A DNA stretch of 64,000 bases from Bacteroidota bacterium (GCA_014190575.1 BJGQ01000006.1:1681-65680); one strand, 5' to 3'; positions 9,379 through 20,056 are shown, counted from the first letter of the stretch. The notes: a model not told the origin generated them from the letters alone. Program-made: numbers and translations.

Positions 9379-11217
9379 ATGTGTGGTATTGTTGGTTACT
9401 TAGGTTCAAAACAAGCATACCCGATTCTGATAAAAGGTTTGCAGCGGTTGGAATATCGTGGATACGACAGTGCGGGTGTAGCGCTGTTGAATGGTAAATT
9501 AAATATTTATAAAAAGGCTGGAAAAGTTGCTGAGCTAATAGGTTTTGCCAATGATAAAAATATAGAAGGCACAATTGGTATTGGTCATACGAGATGGGCT
9601 ACTCATGGGGAACCGAACGATAGAAATGCGCATCCTCATTTTTCAAATTCGCAAAATCTAGCTATTATTCACAATGGAATTATTGAGAATTATGCAACAA
9701 TAAAAGAAGAATTAAAATCTCGAGGATATAAATTTCATTCTGATACTGATACTGAAGTTTTAATCAACCTGATTGAAGATATTCAAAAAAATGAAAATGT
9801 AGATGAAGAAGAAGCTATTCGTTTAGCGTTGAATGAAGTGGTTGGTGCATATGCAATTGTTATTATTTCAAAAAATAATCCAGATAAACTTTTTGCAGCA
9901 AGAAAAGGAAGTCCGCTTGTATTAGGAATTGGAGATAAAGAATTTTTTATTGCCTCTGATGCAACACCAATTGTTGAACACACAAAAAATGTAGTTTACC
10001 TGAATGACGAGGAGATTGCGGTATTAAATCGCAATGGAGAATTTACTATTAAGACTATTGGCAATAAACAAACAACACCATATATACAGGAATTGGAGTT
10101 GAAATTAGAGGCATTGGAGAAAGGTGGTTACGACCATTTTATGTTGAAAGAAATATACGAACAACCGAACTCAATTAACGATAGTATGCGTGGCCGGCTA
10201 AATACCAAAACCGGTACAATTGCGCTTGGGGGATTATTGGAATACAAACAGAAAATTAAAAACGCTAATCGTTTAACTATTGCGGCATGTGGTACCAGTT
10301 GGCATGCGGGCATTGTAGGTGAATATTTATTAGAGGATTTAGCAAGGTTACCTGTTGAAGTTGAATACGCTTCTGAATTTCGTTATCGCAATCCGATAAT
10401 AACTGCTGAAGATATTTTATTTGCTATTAGTCAAAGTGGAGAAACTGCGGATACTCTTGCTGCAATTGAACAGGCAAAATCAAAGGGCGCAACAGTATTT
10501 GGTGTTTGCAATGTGGTGGGTTCGTCCATTGCTCGCGCAACCCACGCCGGGAGTTTTACGCATGCGGGTCCGGAGATTGGAGTTGCATCAACAAAAGCCT
10601 TTACTGCTCAGGTTACAGTACTAACACTTGTTGCTCTTTACTTAGCAAAAGAACGAGGAACCATACAAGAGTCGCGTTACCAGCAAATTATAAATGAGTT
10701 GGAAAATATTCCTGCAAAAGTTAAAAAGGTACTTGATGCGAACGAAAAAATTAAATACATCGCTGATATTTTTAAAGACGCAAATAACTTCTTGTATCTC
10801 GGCCGAGGTTATAATTTCCCTGTTGCATTAGAAGGTGCTTTAAAACTGAAAGAAATTTCTTACATACACGCCGAAGGTTATCCTGCAGCAGAAATGAAGC
10901 ATGGCCCAATCGCATTGATTGATGAAGAAATGCCAGTTGTAGTTTTAGCAACTAATCAAAGTGCTTACGATAAAATTATAAGCAACATTCAAGAGGTGAA
11001 AGCACGCAAAGGTCGCATCATTGCAATAGTTGAAGAAGGCGATACTATTATAAAAGATTTAGCAGAGTTTGTAATTGAAATTCCTGCGACAGAAGAACCT
11101 CTCACTCCTTTGCTATCCGTTGTACCTTTACAATTACTTGCTTATCATATTGCAGTTATGCGCGGATGTAATGTTGATCAACCACGGAATCTTGCAAAGA
11201 GTGTGACAGTAGAATAA
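9379..11217 (+). CDS. glmS: Glutamine--fructose-6-phosphate aminotransferase
   Basis: MCGIVG, LEYRGYDSAG, GHTRWATHG, SQSGETADT, PRNLAKSVTVE. Confidence 0.98.
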   Translation: MCGIVGYLGSKQAYPILIKGLQRLEYRGYDSAGVALLNGKLNIYKKAGKVAELIGFANDKNIEGTIGIGHTRWATHGEPNDRNAHPHFSNSQNLAIIHNGIIENYATIKEELKSRGYKFHSDTDTEVLINLIEDIQKNENVDEEEAIRLALNEVVGAYAIVIISKNNPDKLFAARKGSPLVLGIGDKEFFIASDATPIVEHTKNVVYLNDEEIAVLNRNGEFTIKTIGNKQTTPYIQELELKLEALEKGGYDHFMLKEIYEQPNSINDSMRGRLNTKTGTIALGGLLEYKQKIKNANRLTIAACGTSWHAGIVGEYLLEDLARLPVEVEYASEFRYRNPIITAEDILFAISQSGETADTLAAIEQAKSKGATVFGVCNVVGSSIARATHAGSFTHAGPEIGVASTKAFTAQVTVLTLVALYLAKERGTIQESRYQQIINELENIPAKVKKVLDANEKIKYIADIFKDANNFLYLGRGYNFPVALEGALKLKEISYIHAEGYPAAEMKHGPIALIDEEMPVVVLATNQSAYDKIISNIQEVKARKGRIIAIVEEGDTIIKDLAEFVIEIPATEEPLTPLLSVVPLQLLAYHIAVMRGCNVDQPRNLAKSVTVE

Positions 11218-11243
11218 TTGAACTATTTACTGAATTCGATAAA

Positions 11244-11945
11244 TTAAACTTTATTAAATCTGCGAGTGATTATAGAACCATTTGCTAATTTCATTCTTAG
11301 AAAATAAACCCCATCCATCAGAGAACTAATATCAACTGAAAAAAGGTTGTCACCCTCTTTAAAAACTGAAGAGTAAACTTGTCCTCCCAAAACATTAAAT
11401 ACTTCAATTGAAGTAGGCATCAACTGAGATGTTGCAGCAATCATTAATTTATTTTCTGCTGGATTTGGAAAAAGTTTAATATCAGTTAACTGTTCAATAG
11501 TAGCTATATTATTTCCAGCATCAACCGTACCTATAAATATACCCTCGTCAAAATCAGAAGCGGTGCCATTTTTAAAAAATTTCAAGTCAACAACTCCATA
11601 ACCTGAAGTTTGGTGAGGATATAAATCAACTCGAACTGCAGCGGTTATGCCAGGAAAAAAGTTAAAATTAGAACTCGCTAATCCAGCGCTGTGACACAAT
11701 TCTGGATCACAAACACTTTCGGTCCAACCTGGCGTTAAATATTGAACTGTTCTAATCCAAGATGAAGGTACCGTATCATTGGTGTTATTAGTTAATGAAG
11801 CATCTAGGCTTAAAATATAATATTGATCATTTTGAACTAACGAAAAAGGCACTGTAATATTTACAGAATCAACACTTAAATTATATGTTTGGGCAATTGC
11901 AACATTGGCAACAAGAAAAAGAAAAATTGAAAAGATTGTTTTCAT
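11244..11945 (-). CDS. T9SS type A cargo protein with a small beta-rich domain and a CxxxxC pair
   Basis: Signal AIA|Q; WTESVCDPELCH; CTD KLFPNPA...GVYFLRM...RFNK. Confidence 0.75.
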   Translation of the reverse strand: MKTIFSIFLFLVANVAIAQTYNLSVDSVNITVPFSLVQNDQYYILSLDASLTNNTNDTVPSSWIRTVQYLTPGWTESVCDPELCHSAGLASSNFNFFPGITAAVRVDLYPHQTSGYGVVDLKFFKNGTASDFDEGIFIGTVDAGNNIATIEQLTDIKLFPNPAENKLMIAATSQLMPTSIEVFNVLGGQVYSSVFKEGDNLFSVDISSLMDGVYFLRMKLANGSIITRRFNKV

Positions 11946-11969
11946 GTTTTTTTATTTTTAAAATTTTAT

Positions 11970-11977
11970 CAAATATA
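11970..11977 (-). promoter_or_regulatory. -7 box
   Basis: TATATTTG on the minus strand, 24 nt before ATG 11945. Confidence 0.55.
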
Positions 11978-12021
11978 GTTGAAGTTGGGAGCTAAAAAAA
12001 TATTTTGTAAAAGAGTGAAAT

Positions 12022-12053
12022 AAAAAAGCGGGTGGAAAGAAAAACCACCCGCT
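12022..12053 (-). terminator. Intrinsic terminator after the Omp28-like gene
   Basis: Inverted repeat AGCGGGTGG-N9-CCACCCGCT followed by a U-run on the minus strand. Confidence 0.8.
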
Positions 12054-12083
12054 ATAAAATTTTTAATAAATCAGATTTTTTAA

Positions 12084-14048
12084 TTATCTAACAACAGATA
12101 GCTTTTGTGTTTGAACATTATTTCCTGAGTACAATGAAACTTTATAAACTGTAGCCGGAAGTTGATTTAGATTTATCGAAGTTTCAAATTGACCGGGAGC
12201 GTAGTTACCAAGTTCCTTTTCCATAACTATCTGACCAAGTAAATTTGTTACAACTAACTTTAAATTTGAAGTTTCATTTAATCCAAATTTAACTGTTGCA
12301 TTATCAGTAGCTGGATTTGGATAAATTCCTAAGTCAAGAATATTCTCTACCTCATTTACTCCAACACTTGAATTAAGATTAATATCATCAACATATAAAT
12401 TATTTCCGTTTCCAGAAGTTGCCTCAAATTTAATCATGACATCTGCTGTGTTATTAAATTGAGAAAGACTTGTATAAATTGATTTCCAATCAGCTGAATG
12501 CGGATAATATGCACTTGTGGTAGCAGGAACTGTTGCAAGAGCAGAACCTGTTTGGTCCCAAATGGTAGTCCAGGTAGTTCCACAATCGGTAGATGCAGCA
12601 ACTTTTAGCTCATCATTTTCAGTTCCGCTATATAAAGCATCTGCATAAGAAAAAACTAAACCGACATTCGTTTTTCCTGTTAAATTAATTTTTTCAAAAA
12701 TTAAAGAATATGTTCCAGATCCAATTGTGAAAAATCTCCATCTGTAAGATTTATTAGAGTTTTCGAAAGCACCCAGATTCCAAGTAACGCTTGAATTTAC
12801 AGTTTTGTCAACTACCCAAACACCTGGGTTTGTAGCAACTGATTCAGCTAATATTGTGTGCAATGGTTGACCACCAACAGCATCTGATTCAAATCCTTCT
12901 ACAATTTTGGTATCAAAAGGAGTTGAAGGAATAGTGGCAAAAGTTACAGCCGAAGTTGTGTTATTCATGGTGTTAAAATCAGCTGCTGTCCCTCCATTAA
13001 TATTGGTGATTGAACCAATTACTGAATTGTTACCGGCAGCAGCAATTGCTGAAGGAAATGTAACAATCGCAGTTTGCCCTTGAGATAAGTTGCCTGTCCA
13101 AGGTTGAGTAACTGGAGTTCCGCCATTTAAAGTATATCCAACAGTAGCACTTGTAATTCCTGTGCTGAAATTATTGGAAATTTGAACAGTAGGGATAAAA
13201 TTAACATCACATAATCCACCTACTGGTGAATTGGTTTGATTTACTACTCCTGCATCAGAAAAATTATTGTTTGCAGGAATTGACTGAGGCAAACTAATGC
13301 CGGCCTGCTGAATAAATTTTGTTGAATTATCCTGAACAAAAGCTACAACACCAATTTGGCCATAATTATAAATATAAGTAGGTAATGTTACATTAAAATC
13401 AAAATTAACAGAAGCACCCGAATTAATTGAAGTCATTGAAGTGCCATCTGCATTGGGCAACATTTTTCGCATAACATTATAAAATTCCGTTTCACCATTT
13501 GTACCAGGTTCAGTAGAGAAATTGATTTGTTCTTCTGTAATGGCAACTTGAAGTTTCCAATTTGCTGCGGTTAATGCTGATGCTGTTGCATTAGTAATTG
13601 AAATATGAATATAAATAGAATCCAGATCAGGCGAAATAGTATGTGTAATAGTCATTACAATTGGAGATAGAATTCCATAAGCGGCATCAATTTTAGGCTG
13701 ATCCAAACAAGCTGGTGCACCAACATATGCACTACAGGTATTTGGAATATTTACACCATCAAGTGAACCATTTGGTACACCTGTAATACCATAATAAGTA
13801 ACTCTAGTTTGAACATCAGTTGGGTTTTGTAAATTCATAGGATCATAACCTGGCCAAGAAGTTTGATATTTCAAGCTAACACATTTTGTAGTATTTGCCT
13901 GCAACAGCGTGTTAAATGCTGGATTCTGTGCAGCACATGGGGGGCATGATGCTTGTGTAAATTCTTCAACACAAACAAGTCTAGGTGCTTGAGCAAAACC
14001 AACATAATAGAAGGTAAGCAAGAAAAGAGAAGTAATTATTTTTTTCAT
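12084..14048 (-). CDS. Omp28-related thioredoxin-fold protein with Ig-like/beta-sandwich domains and T9SS CTD
   Basis: Start MKKII (ATG 14048); EEFTQASCPPC, YYGITGVP, NVMRKMLP, VVAFVQD, GNNLYVDDI; CTD IYPNPA. Confidence 0.8.
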   Translation of the reverse strand: MKKIITSLFLLTFYYVGFAQAPRLVCVEEFTQASCPPCAAQNPAFNTLLQANTTKCVSLKYQTSWPGYDPMNLQNPTDVQTRVTYYGITGVPNGSLDGVNIPNTCSAYVGAPACLDQPKIDAAYGILSPIVMTITHTISPDLDSIYIHISITNATASALTAANWKLQVAITEEQINFSTEPGTNGETEFYNVMRKMLPNADGTSMTSINSGASVNFDFNVTLPTYIYNYGQIGVVAFVQDNSTKFIQQAGISLPQSIPANNNFSDAGVVNQTNSPVGGLCDVNFIPTVQISNNFSTGITSATVGYTLNGGTPVTQPWTGNLSQGQTAIVTFPSAIAAAGNNSVIGSITNINGGTAADFNTMNNTTSAVTFATIPSTPFDTKIVEGFESDAVGGQPLHTILAESVATNPGVWVVDKTVNSSVTWNLGAFENSNKSYRWRFFTIGSGTYSLIFEKINLTGKTNVGLVFSYADALYSGTENDELKVAASTDCGTTWTTIWDQTGSALATVPATTSAYYPHSADWKSIYTSLSQFNNTADVMIKFEATSGNGNNLYVDDINLNSSVGVNEVENILDLGIYPNPATDNATVKFGLNETSNLKLVVTNLLGQIVMEKELGNYAPGQFETSINLNQLPATVYKVSLYSGNNVQTQKLSVVR

Positions 14049-14068
14049 TTTTGTTTTTTTTATTGCAT

Positions 14069-14076
14069 CAAAATTA
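14069..14076 (-). promoter_or_regulatory. -7 box
   Basis: TAATTTTG on the minus strand, followed by an A-rich leader to ATG 14048. Confidence 0.6.
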
Positions 14077-14130
14077 TTTAAAAAAATCAATAATTATAAT
14101 TTTAGAATTAATATATATTTTTATTTCTGC

Positions 14131-14164
14131 AAAAAAAAAGCTGTCTCAAAATTTTGAGACAGCC
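14131..14164 (-). terminator. Intrinsic terminator containing a perfect 24-bp palindrome
   Basis: GCTGTCTCAAAATTTTGAGACAGC (14140-14163) followed by U9 on the minus strand. Confidence 0.8.
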
Positions 14165-14186
14165 TTTGAATTATTTTAAAAAATAT

Positions 14187-15644
14187 TTATTTAATAACAG
14201 TAAATTTCTTGCTTACAGATGTTCCATTCGATTGAATGGAAACTTGATAAACACCAGCGGAAAATTTTGAAAGATCTAAATCATATGACTGATAACCTGA
14301 ATCTAATTTACCAACTTTTTCTACAAACATAATTTTGCCAATCATATCAGTAACAGTAATAAATGTTTCTGAAGCATGAAGCAAATTGAAAGAAATGGTA
14401 GCAGTATTATTTGCCGGATTCGGGAAAATACTAAATGCATCACCTGCTCCTGCAAAATCATTTATACCAGAAATACTTGTTACTTTCATAGGTCTGGTTT
14501 CCATATTTGTAAATTCTGATCCAGAACCATACAAAACTCCAGTCGCATCCTTAACTTCATATGTTCCATTTCCATATGAACAACACATACCGTCGCCAAA
14601 TGCATCATTGATTTCAAAATAATAACATCCAAATGAAGGCACTATTACAGTAGAAAATCCTTGATCGCTTTCGCCATTTGCACTCATTGTATTGTACGGA
14701 CCACCTGTTCCAAAAACTTGATTTGCATCATTCTTAATCTTCCAAGTAGTTTCATCACCATATCTGTCAGTAACGATATGAACAACAATTTGACTGTTTC
14801 CAATTGGTGCGAAATTAACAAGTTTTGATGCAGTTCCATTTGATGAATTTGCATCACCAGTTGTTGTCACAGTAAAATCTATTGTCGAATTAGAAGTGAT
14901 AGAAGTAGTTCCAACTGTAACCTCCTGTAAATCATAGGTAGCTAAATTACCGGTCCAAGCTAATGTTCCAACTGTTGTTGCTCCAATTTTTGCAGTAATA
15001 TTTGCAGAAGTTAAAGGATCTGTACCCATATTTTGAATTTTAAGCTTCATAGAAACATCAGAACAAGTAGCAATTGTTCCAGTATAATCTAAACATGAAA
15101 CATCCTTTGGATAAGTAGCAACAGGACACTGATATGCCATTGCTTGCATTTGAGCAGTGGTTGGTGTTTGACCTATTTCAGTAATGATTCTATTTGGACA
15201 AATTTTATAAATAGTTGGGAAATAACTAATTTGATAACTTGTTGCAATTCCTGCATTATCTAAAATTGGAAAATCAGTGGTAGATACCCAATCACCCTGA
15301 GTGTTAGAACCAGTTCCATTTAAATCGGCATTTGTTGTCGCAGCATCGCCTTCAACAAAAAATACCATAACTTCATCAGTACCAGCAGGACCACATGTGT
15401 TATACAAATCATCCAGTTTTCCTGTATTGTGATATGCCCAACATGGACTACACCATGTAGCTGAGATATCAATGTAAACTGTTTTACCTTGATTTAAAAC
15501 ATCATAAAGATGCCATGAAGTACCATTAAGGTCAGTTGCCGTAAAATCAGGTGCAACACTTCCATCAGCAAGTTGTGCGTAAGAACTGAGAGTAAGACTT
15601 AAGCTTATCGTCAGTAAAAATAATGAGCGAAAAATTTTTTTCAT
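14187..15644 (-). CDS. TlpA/redoxin-domain protein with T9SS CTD
   Basis: Start MKKIF (ATG 15644); APDFTATDLNG, SATWCSPC, YFPTIY; DAFGDGMCC..G.GTY module; CTD IFPNPA. Confidence 0.8.
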   Translation of the reverse strand: MKKIFRSLFLLTISLSLTLSSYAQLADGSVAPDFTATDLNGTSWHLYDVLNQGKTVYIDISATWCSPCWAYHNTGKLDDLYNTCGPAGTDEVMVFFVEGDAATTNADLNGTGSNTQGDWVSTTDFPILDNAGIATSYQISYFPTIYKICPNRIITEIGQTPTTAQMQAMAYQCPVATYPKDVSCLDYTGTIATCSDVSMKLKIQNMGTDPLTSANITAKIGATTVGTLAWTGNLATYDLQEVTVGTTSITSNSTIDFTVTTTGDANSSNGTASKLVNFAPIGNSQIVVHIVTDRYGDETTWKIKNDANQVFGTGGPYNTMSANGESDQGFSTVIVPSFGCYYFEINDAFGDGMCCSYGNGTYEVKDATGVLYGSGSEFTNMETRPMKVTSISGINDFAGAGDAFSIFPNPANNTATISFNLLHASETFITVTDMIGKIMFVEKVGKLDSGYQSYDLDLSKFSAGVYQVSIQSNGTSVSKKFTVIK

Positions 15645-15667
15645 TTTGAGTTTTGTTTTTGGACTGT

Positions 15668-15675
15668 CAAATGTA
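15668..15675 (-). promoter_or_regulatory. -7 box
   Basis: TACATTTG on the minus strand, 23 nt before ATG 15644. Confidence 0.6.
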
Positions 15676-15857
15676 TTTAAAAAACTCATTCATAAAACAG
15701 TTTTTATTTTATTTTACAATTCTCGGTATTACCTAATTAAAACTCGCTTCCTGAACAAATTTTGTATGCTAGCGTAAAGTCGTCGAATAAATAATTTATA
15801 ATAAGAATGTTTGGTTTATTTTTATCGTCCTCGAAAAAGATTAATGGTTAATTGACA

Positions 15858-18800
15858 ATGGAGAAGCAGTTGGCTTTTAGAGTTTTTATTAATGATAAAG
15901 TCGGACAAAATATCCGATCGTGGTTTGAGTGGTTTGCTGATAATATCAGTGAACAAACTCCTTATGATGCATTTGAATTCTATTCTATTGATTCATACTC
16001 AAATTCTTTAAGCCTCAAGTATTTTTCAGGAAATAAAACTTTCTTTTCGACAGAAGGAATTTCTCTCCAGATTGCATTGAAAGTTTTTCAATCGGGAAAC
16101 GAATATATTTTCCCGCATACTGATTTAGCTTTTGACCCTTTTGCACAAAATAAAGTTTTAGATAATTTGCCAAAATGGAAGATGGTGCTTCCAATTTTTT
16201 TTAATGCTGAATGTGTTGGTGTATTGTCAATTTTATCAGAACAACCGTTCCGACAAAAGGAGAAATTTGAAAATCGCTGTCGTGATTGGGTAAAACAATC
16301 TGCATTAATAATTAAGAATAATTTTCTTGAAAAAAATAGAACTACCACGCCGGATTCATTATCTCTTGCTTTAGAATCCGTACAGGATTTGGTTTTTGAA
16401 TTGAATGAAAATTTTGAAATAACATTTTCAAACGATTCATTTAAAAATTTCCTTAAAAATTTCTCGGGTAAAAACTTTGCTCCCTCCAATAAAAACCTAA
16501 AATCAATACTGGGAAATGAATTCAATGAAATTATTTCAGGAATTCAAAAAGCATTGGAAGGGATAAGAAATTTTTGCACGAAGAAAATCCTTATCAGTGG
16601 CGAGGAGAAAAATTTCCACTTCACTTTTTCTCCTGTTTTCGGAATTGAAAAAAAATGTTTCTGTTTTGCAACTGAGATTTCAATTGCAGTAAAAACAAAT
16701 TCTGATTCTACAATAAGAAATTCAAGATTAAGTGAATCGCTTATTCAGTTGATTCCTGATATTGTTTGGGTAGTGGATGAAAGAGGAACCATCAAATTTG
16801 TGAATTCTTCATTCGAAAGAATAACCGGATTTTCATCCGATGAAGTTATTGGCCGTTCGTCATTTGAATTTTTCAGCAAGGAAGAATTACCTAATCACCT
16901 GCAACAAATGTTGTTGTATTTATCAGGTAAAAACAAAAGGAGCGATGATTATTTTGAATTCAAATTCGTAGATAAGCAAGGAAAAAATATTGTTCTTGAA
17001 TCTGTCGCAATCAATCAACTTGAGCACAGCGAAATAAAAGGAATAGTAGTTAGTGCGCGCAATGTTACCAGACAGGCATCAGAGCGTCGTGAGTTGGAAG
17101 ACAAGGAAGAACTTTATCATTCGTTGTTTGAAAGTCTATCAGAGGCAATTTTAATTACCGATAAAAATCATTTTCTGGTTTATTGCAATTCACTGCTTTC
17201 AAATCTTACAGGATACACAATGCAAGAATTGGGTTCGATGCCAATGTATCAGTTAATTGTTGCGGAAGAATACTGGCAAGTGGTTTTGAATGGAATTAAT
17301 AATCGCTTCAATGGAAACTCCGAACAATACGAAGTTGAATTGGTCAGGAAAGATGGAAACAGAATTTGGGCATCAATTACTGCAGCTCCATATAAAGATA
17401 AGAGTGGTGAAATTGTTGGAAGCGTTGGTACCATCACTGATATCACTCAACGAAAAAAAGTTGAAGATGAGATTAGGTGGCTGGCAAAATTTCCGGAAGA
17501 AAATCCTTCACCTATTATTCGCATTGCTGATTCCGGAAAAATTCTCTACTTCAATAAATCTTCGCAATCAATAATTAATCACATCAGCATTGATGGTATT
17601 TTAAATTCTGAATGGCAAAATATTATTTCGAAACAATTTCAAACCAATAGCATCAGTAAAATTGATATTGAGGTGGAAGGTCGGTATTACAACCTCACAA
17701 TCACACCTCTTATCAATAACAGTTACTGCAATATTTACGCAATTGATATAACTGACAGAATTGTTTTTCAGAAGCAGTTACTTGAAAGCGAACAGCGGCT
17801 TCAGTTTTTGATGAACTCGACTACCGAGGGAATTTTAGTTTACGATAATGGAATAATCATTGATCTGAATCAAGCGGTGGCGCGAATGATTGGTTACAGC
17901 GAAGAAGAAATACTTGGGAAAAGTATTTTGTTTTTTACCAATGAAAGTAACCGTGAATTGTTCAGAGAGAATTCAAAAAAAGATTTAACACTTCCTTATG
18001 AAACATCTCTTGCTCACAAAGACGGGAATGAAATAAAAGTTGAAATCACTGGTCGGTCTCATTTTTATAAAGGAAGAAAAGTTAAAGTGGTAGCCATTCG
18101 CGATATCAGTCTGCGCAAAAAAGCTGAACAACATTTAAAGGAAAACGAAGAACGGTTAAAATATTTTTTCAGCATTACGAGCGAAGGAATTTTGTTAATA
18201 GACAATGAAAAAATCATTGATGTCAATACTGCATTTTTAAAACTCACAGGTTTTTCACAAGAAGAAGTGCTTAATAAAAATATTTCGGAATTGAATAATG
18301 AAACGATGAAAGAAAAACTTTCGTCGTTGCTGGTTTCACAAAATAATATTGATACAGAATTTGCACTCAAAACAAAGGACGGAAAAGAATTTTTTGTTGA
18401 AGTGAATTCGCAAATGCAGGAATACCTTGGTCAATTAATTCGCGTGGTGGTTATTCGCGATATCACCCAGTTGAAAAAAGACGAAGAAGAAATTCTCGGA
18501 GCAAAAAAAGTAGCCGAGGATGCGCAACATGCCGAAGAACAATTCTTAGCTAAAATGAGTCATGAAATCCGAACGCCTATGAATGGTATTATTGGGTTGA
18601 CTGATATTTTACTAAAAGAACCAACATCGCATGAACAGGAAGAATATTTAAGATTGATAAAACAATCAGCAGATAATTTGCTTGTGATTATCAATGATAT
18701 TTTAGACTTATCAAAAATCCGAAGTGGAAAAATTCAATTTGAAATTATTGATATCAGTTTGCGCGAAATGATGCGCGCCATTTTTATGGCCACCAATATT

Positions 18801-20051
18801 AAAGCAGTAGAAAAAAATCTGGATTATAATTTTTCTGTTGATGTTCGCATCCCTGAAATTATTCGCGGCGACAGAATCAGACTGAATCAAATTTTACTCA
18901 ATCTGATTTCAAATGCGATAAAATTTACAGAGAAAGGCAGGGTTCATTTCAGCGCAGAATTTATTAAAAAGGAAATAGGGAAAGTATATATCCAATTTAA
19001 AGTGGAAGACAGTGGGATAGGCATTCCTGAAAAAGAACAGACGAAAATATTTGAATCATACAGGCAGGCTAGTGCTGACACAACACGAAAGTTCGGCGGA
19101 ACCGGATTGGGGTTGCCTATTGTAAAGCAGTTGGTGGAATTGCAAGGTGGGGAAATTCATATCAACAGTAAATCTGGAGAAGGAAGTACTTTTTATTTTA
19201 CTCTTCCATTTGAAGTGAGTGAAATAGCGGATGAGAAAATTACTGAAACAGTTTCACCTAAAAAGAAAAATCAACCGGAAATTGAAACCGAGAAAAACGG
19301 AATTAATATTTTATTAGTTGATGATAATTTTATTAATCGCCTTTTAGTAATTCATTTATTGGACGACAAAGGATACACCGTTATTGAAGCCGAAAATGGT
19401 TATGGTGCAATAGAAAAATTAAAAGAAGAAGACATTGATTTAGTGTTGATGGATATATCAATGCCCGACCTGGATGGATTGGAAGCAACAAGAATAATTC
19501 GTAAAATGGATGAAGCTTACTTACACAAAGTACCAATCATTGCAATGACAGCTCATGCGTTTCAGCAACAAATTCAGGAAGCGCTTGATTCAGGAATGAA
19601 TGATTACCTGAGTAAGCCTTTTAAGCCTGAAGAACTGTTTCAGAAAATTAACAACCAATTAAATCCTGTTGTTAATGATATTTTGGAGAAAGATAAAGTT
19701 GAAGTTGTAGATGAAAAATTTTATGACCTCTCTTTCTTGACTCAGTATTATGATAATGAACAAGAGTTCATCAACAGCATTTTAGCATTATATGTAAAAG
19801 AAACTCCTTCGAGCATTCATCAGATTGAAGATGCTGTAAATAAAAAAGACTGGACTGCATTTAAATCTCTGTCACATAAAATTAAAACCAACATTATGAT
19901 GATGGGAATAAAAAGGGCGGAACCCTTTCTTCATATTGCCGCTGCCATTGATATTAATAATGTGGATGTAGAAAAAATAAAAACTTCGTTCGCTGAATTC
20001 AAAAAGTATTCTCTGAAAGCAATTGAGCAAATTGCAAAAGAGTGCTTGTAA
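15858..20051 (+). CDS. Cytoplasmic multi-PAS hybrid histidine kinase (PAS array-HisKA-HATPase-REC-Hpt)
   Basis: Repeated PAS/PAC units ending in DIT/NVT/DIS; FLAKMSHEIRTPMNG; NLISNAIKFT, DSGIGI, GGTGLGL; LMDISMP, KPF; Hpt-like SHKIKTN; no TM segment seen. Confidence 0.92.
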   Translation: MEKQLAFRVFINDKVGQNIRSWFEWFADNISEQTPYDAFEFYSIDSYSNSLSLKYFSGNKTFFSTEGISLQIALKVFQSGNEYIFPHTDLAFDPFAQNKVLDNLPKWKMVLPIFFNAECVGVLSILSEQPFRQKEKFENRCRDWVKQSALIIKNNFLEKNRTTTPDSLSLALESVQDLVFELNENFEITFSNDSFKNFLKNFSGKNFAPSNKNLKSILGNEFNEIISGIQKALEGIRNFCTKKILISGEEKNFHFTFSPVFGIEKKCFCFATEISIAVKTNSDSTIRNSRLSESLIQLIPDIVWVVDERGTIKFVNSSFERITGFSSDEVIGRSSFEFFSKEELPNHLQQMLLYLSGKNKRSDDYFEFKFVDKQGKNIVLESVAINQLEHSEIKGIVVSARNVTRQASERRELEDKEELYHSLFESLSEAILITDKNHFLVYCNSLLSNLTGYTMQELGSMPMYQLIVAEEYWQVVLNGINNRFNGNSEQYEVELVRKDGNRIWASITAAPYKDKSGEIVGSVGTITDITQRKKVEDEIRWLAKFPEENPSPIIRIADSGKILYFNKSSQSIINHISIDGILNSEWQNIISKQFQTNSISKIDIEVEGRYYNLTITPLINNSYCNIYAIDITDRIVFQKQLLESEQRLQFLMNSTTEGILVYDNGIIIDLNQAVARMIGYSEEEILGKSILFFTNESNRELFRENSKKDLTLPYETSLAHKDGNEIKVEITGRSHFYKGRKVKVVAIRDISLRKKAEQHLKENEERLKYFFSITSEGILLIDNEKIIDVNTAFLKLTGFSQEEVLNKNISELNNETMKEKLSSLLVSQNNIDTEFALKTKDGKEFFVEVNSQMQEYLGQLIRVVVIRDITQLKKDEEEILGAKKVAEDAQHAEEQFLAKMSHEIRTPMNGIIGLTDILLKEPTSHEQEEYLRLIKQSADNLLVIINDILDLSKIRSGKIQFEIIDISLREMMRAIFMATNIKAVEKNLDYNFSVDVRIPEIIRGDRIRLNQILLNLISNAIKFTEKGRVHFSAEFIKKEIGKVYIQFKVEDSGIGIPEKEQTKIFESYRQASADTTRKFGGTGLGLPIVKQLVELQGGEIHINSKSGEGSTFYFTLPFEVSEIADEKITETVSPKKKNQPEIETEKNGINILLVDDNFINRLLVIHLLDDKGYTVIEAENGYGAIEKLKEEDIDLVLMDISMPDLDGLEATRIIRKMDEAYLHKVPIIAMTAHAFQQQIQEALDSGMNDYLSKPFKPEELFQKINNQLNPVVNDILEKDKVEVVDEKFYDLSFLTQYYDNEQEFINSILALYVKETPSSIHQIEDAVNKKDWTAFKSLSHKIKTNIMMMGIKRAEPFLHIAAAIDINNVDVEKIKTSFAEFKKYSLKAIEQIAKECL

Positions 20052-20056
20052 TTCGG

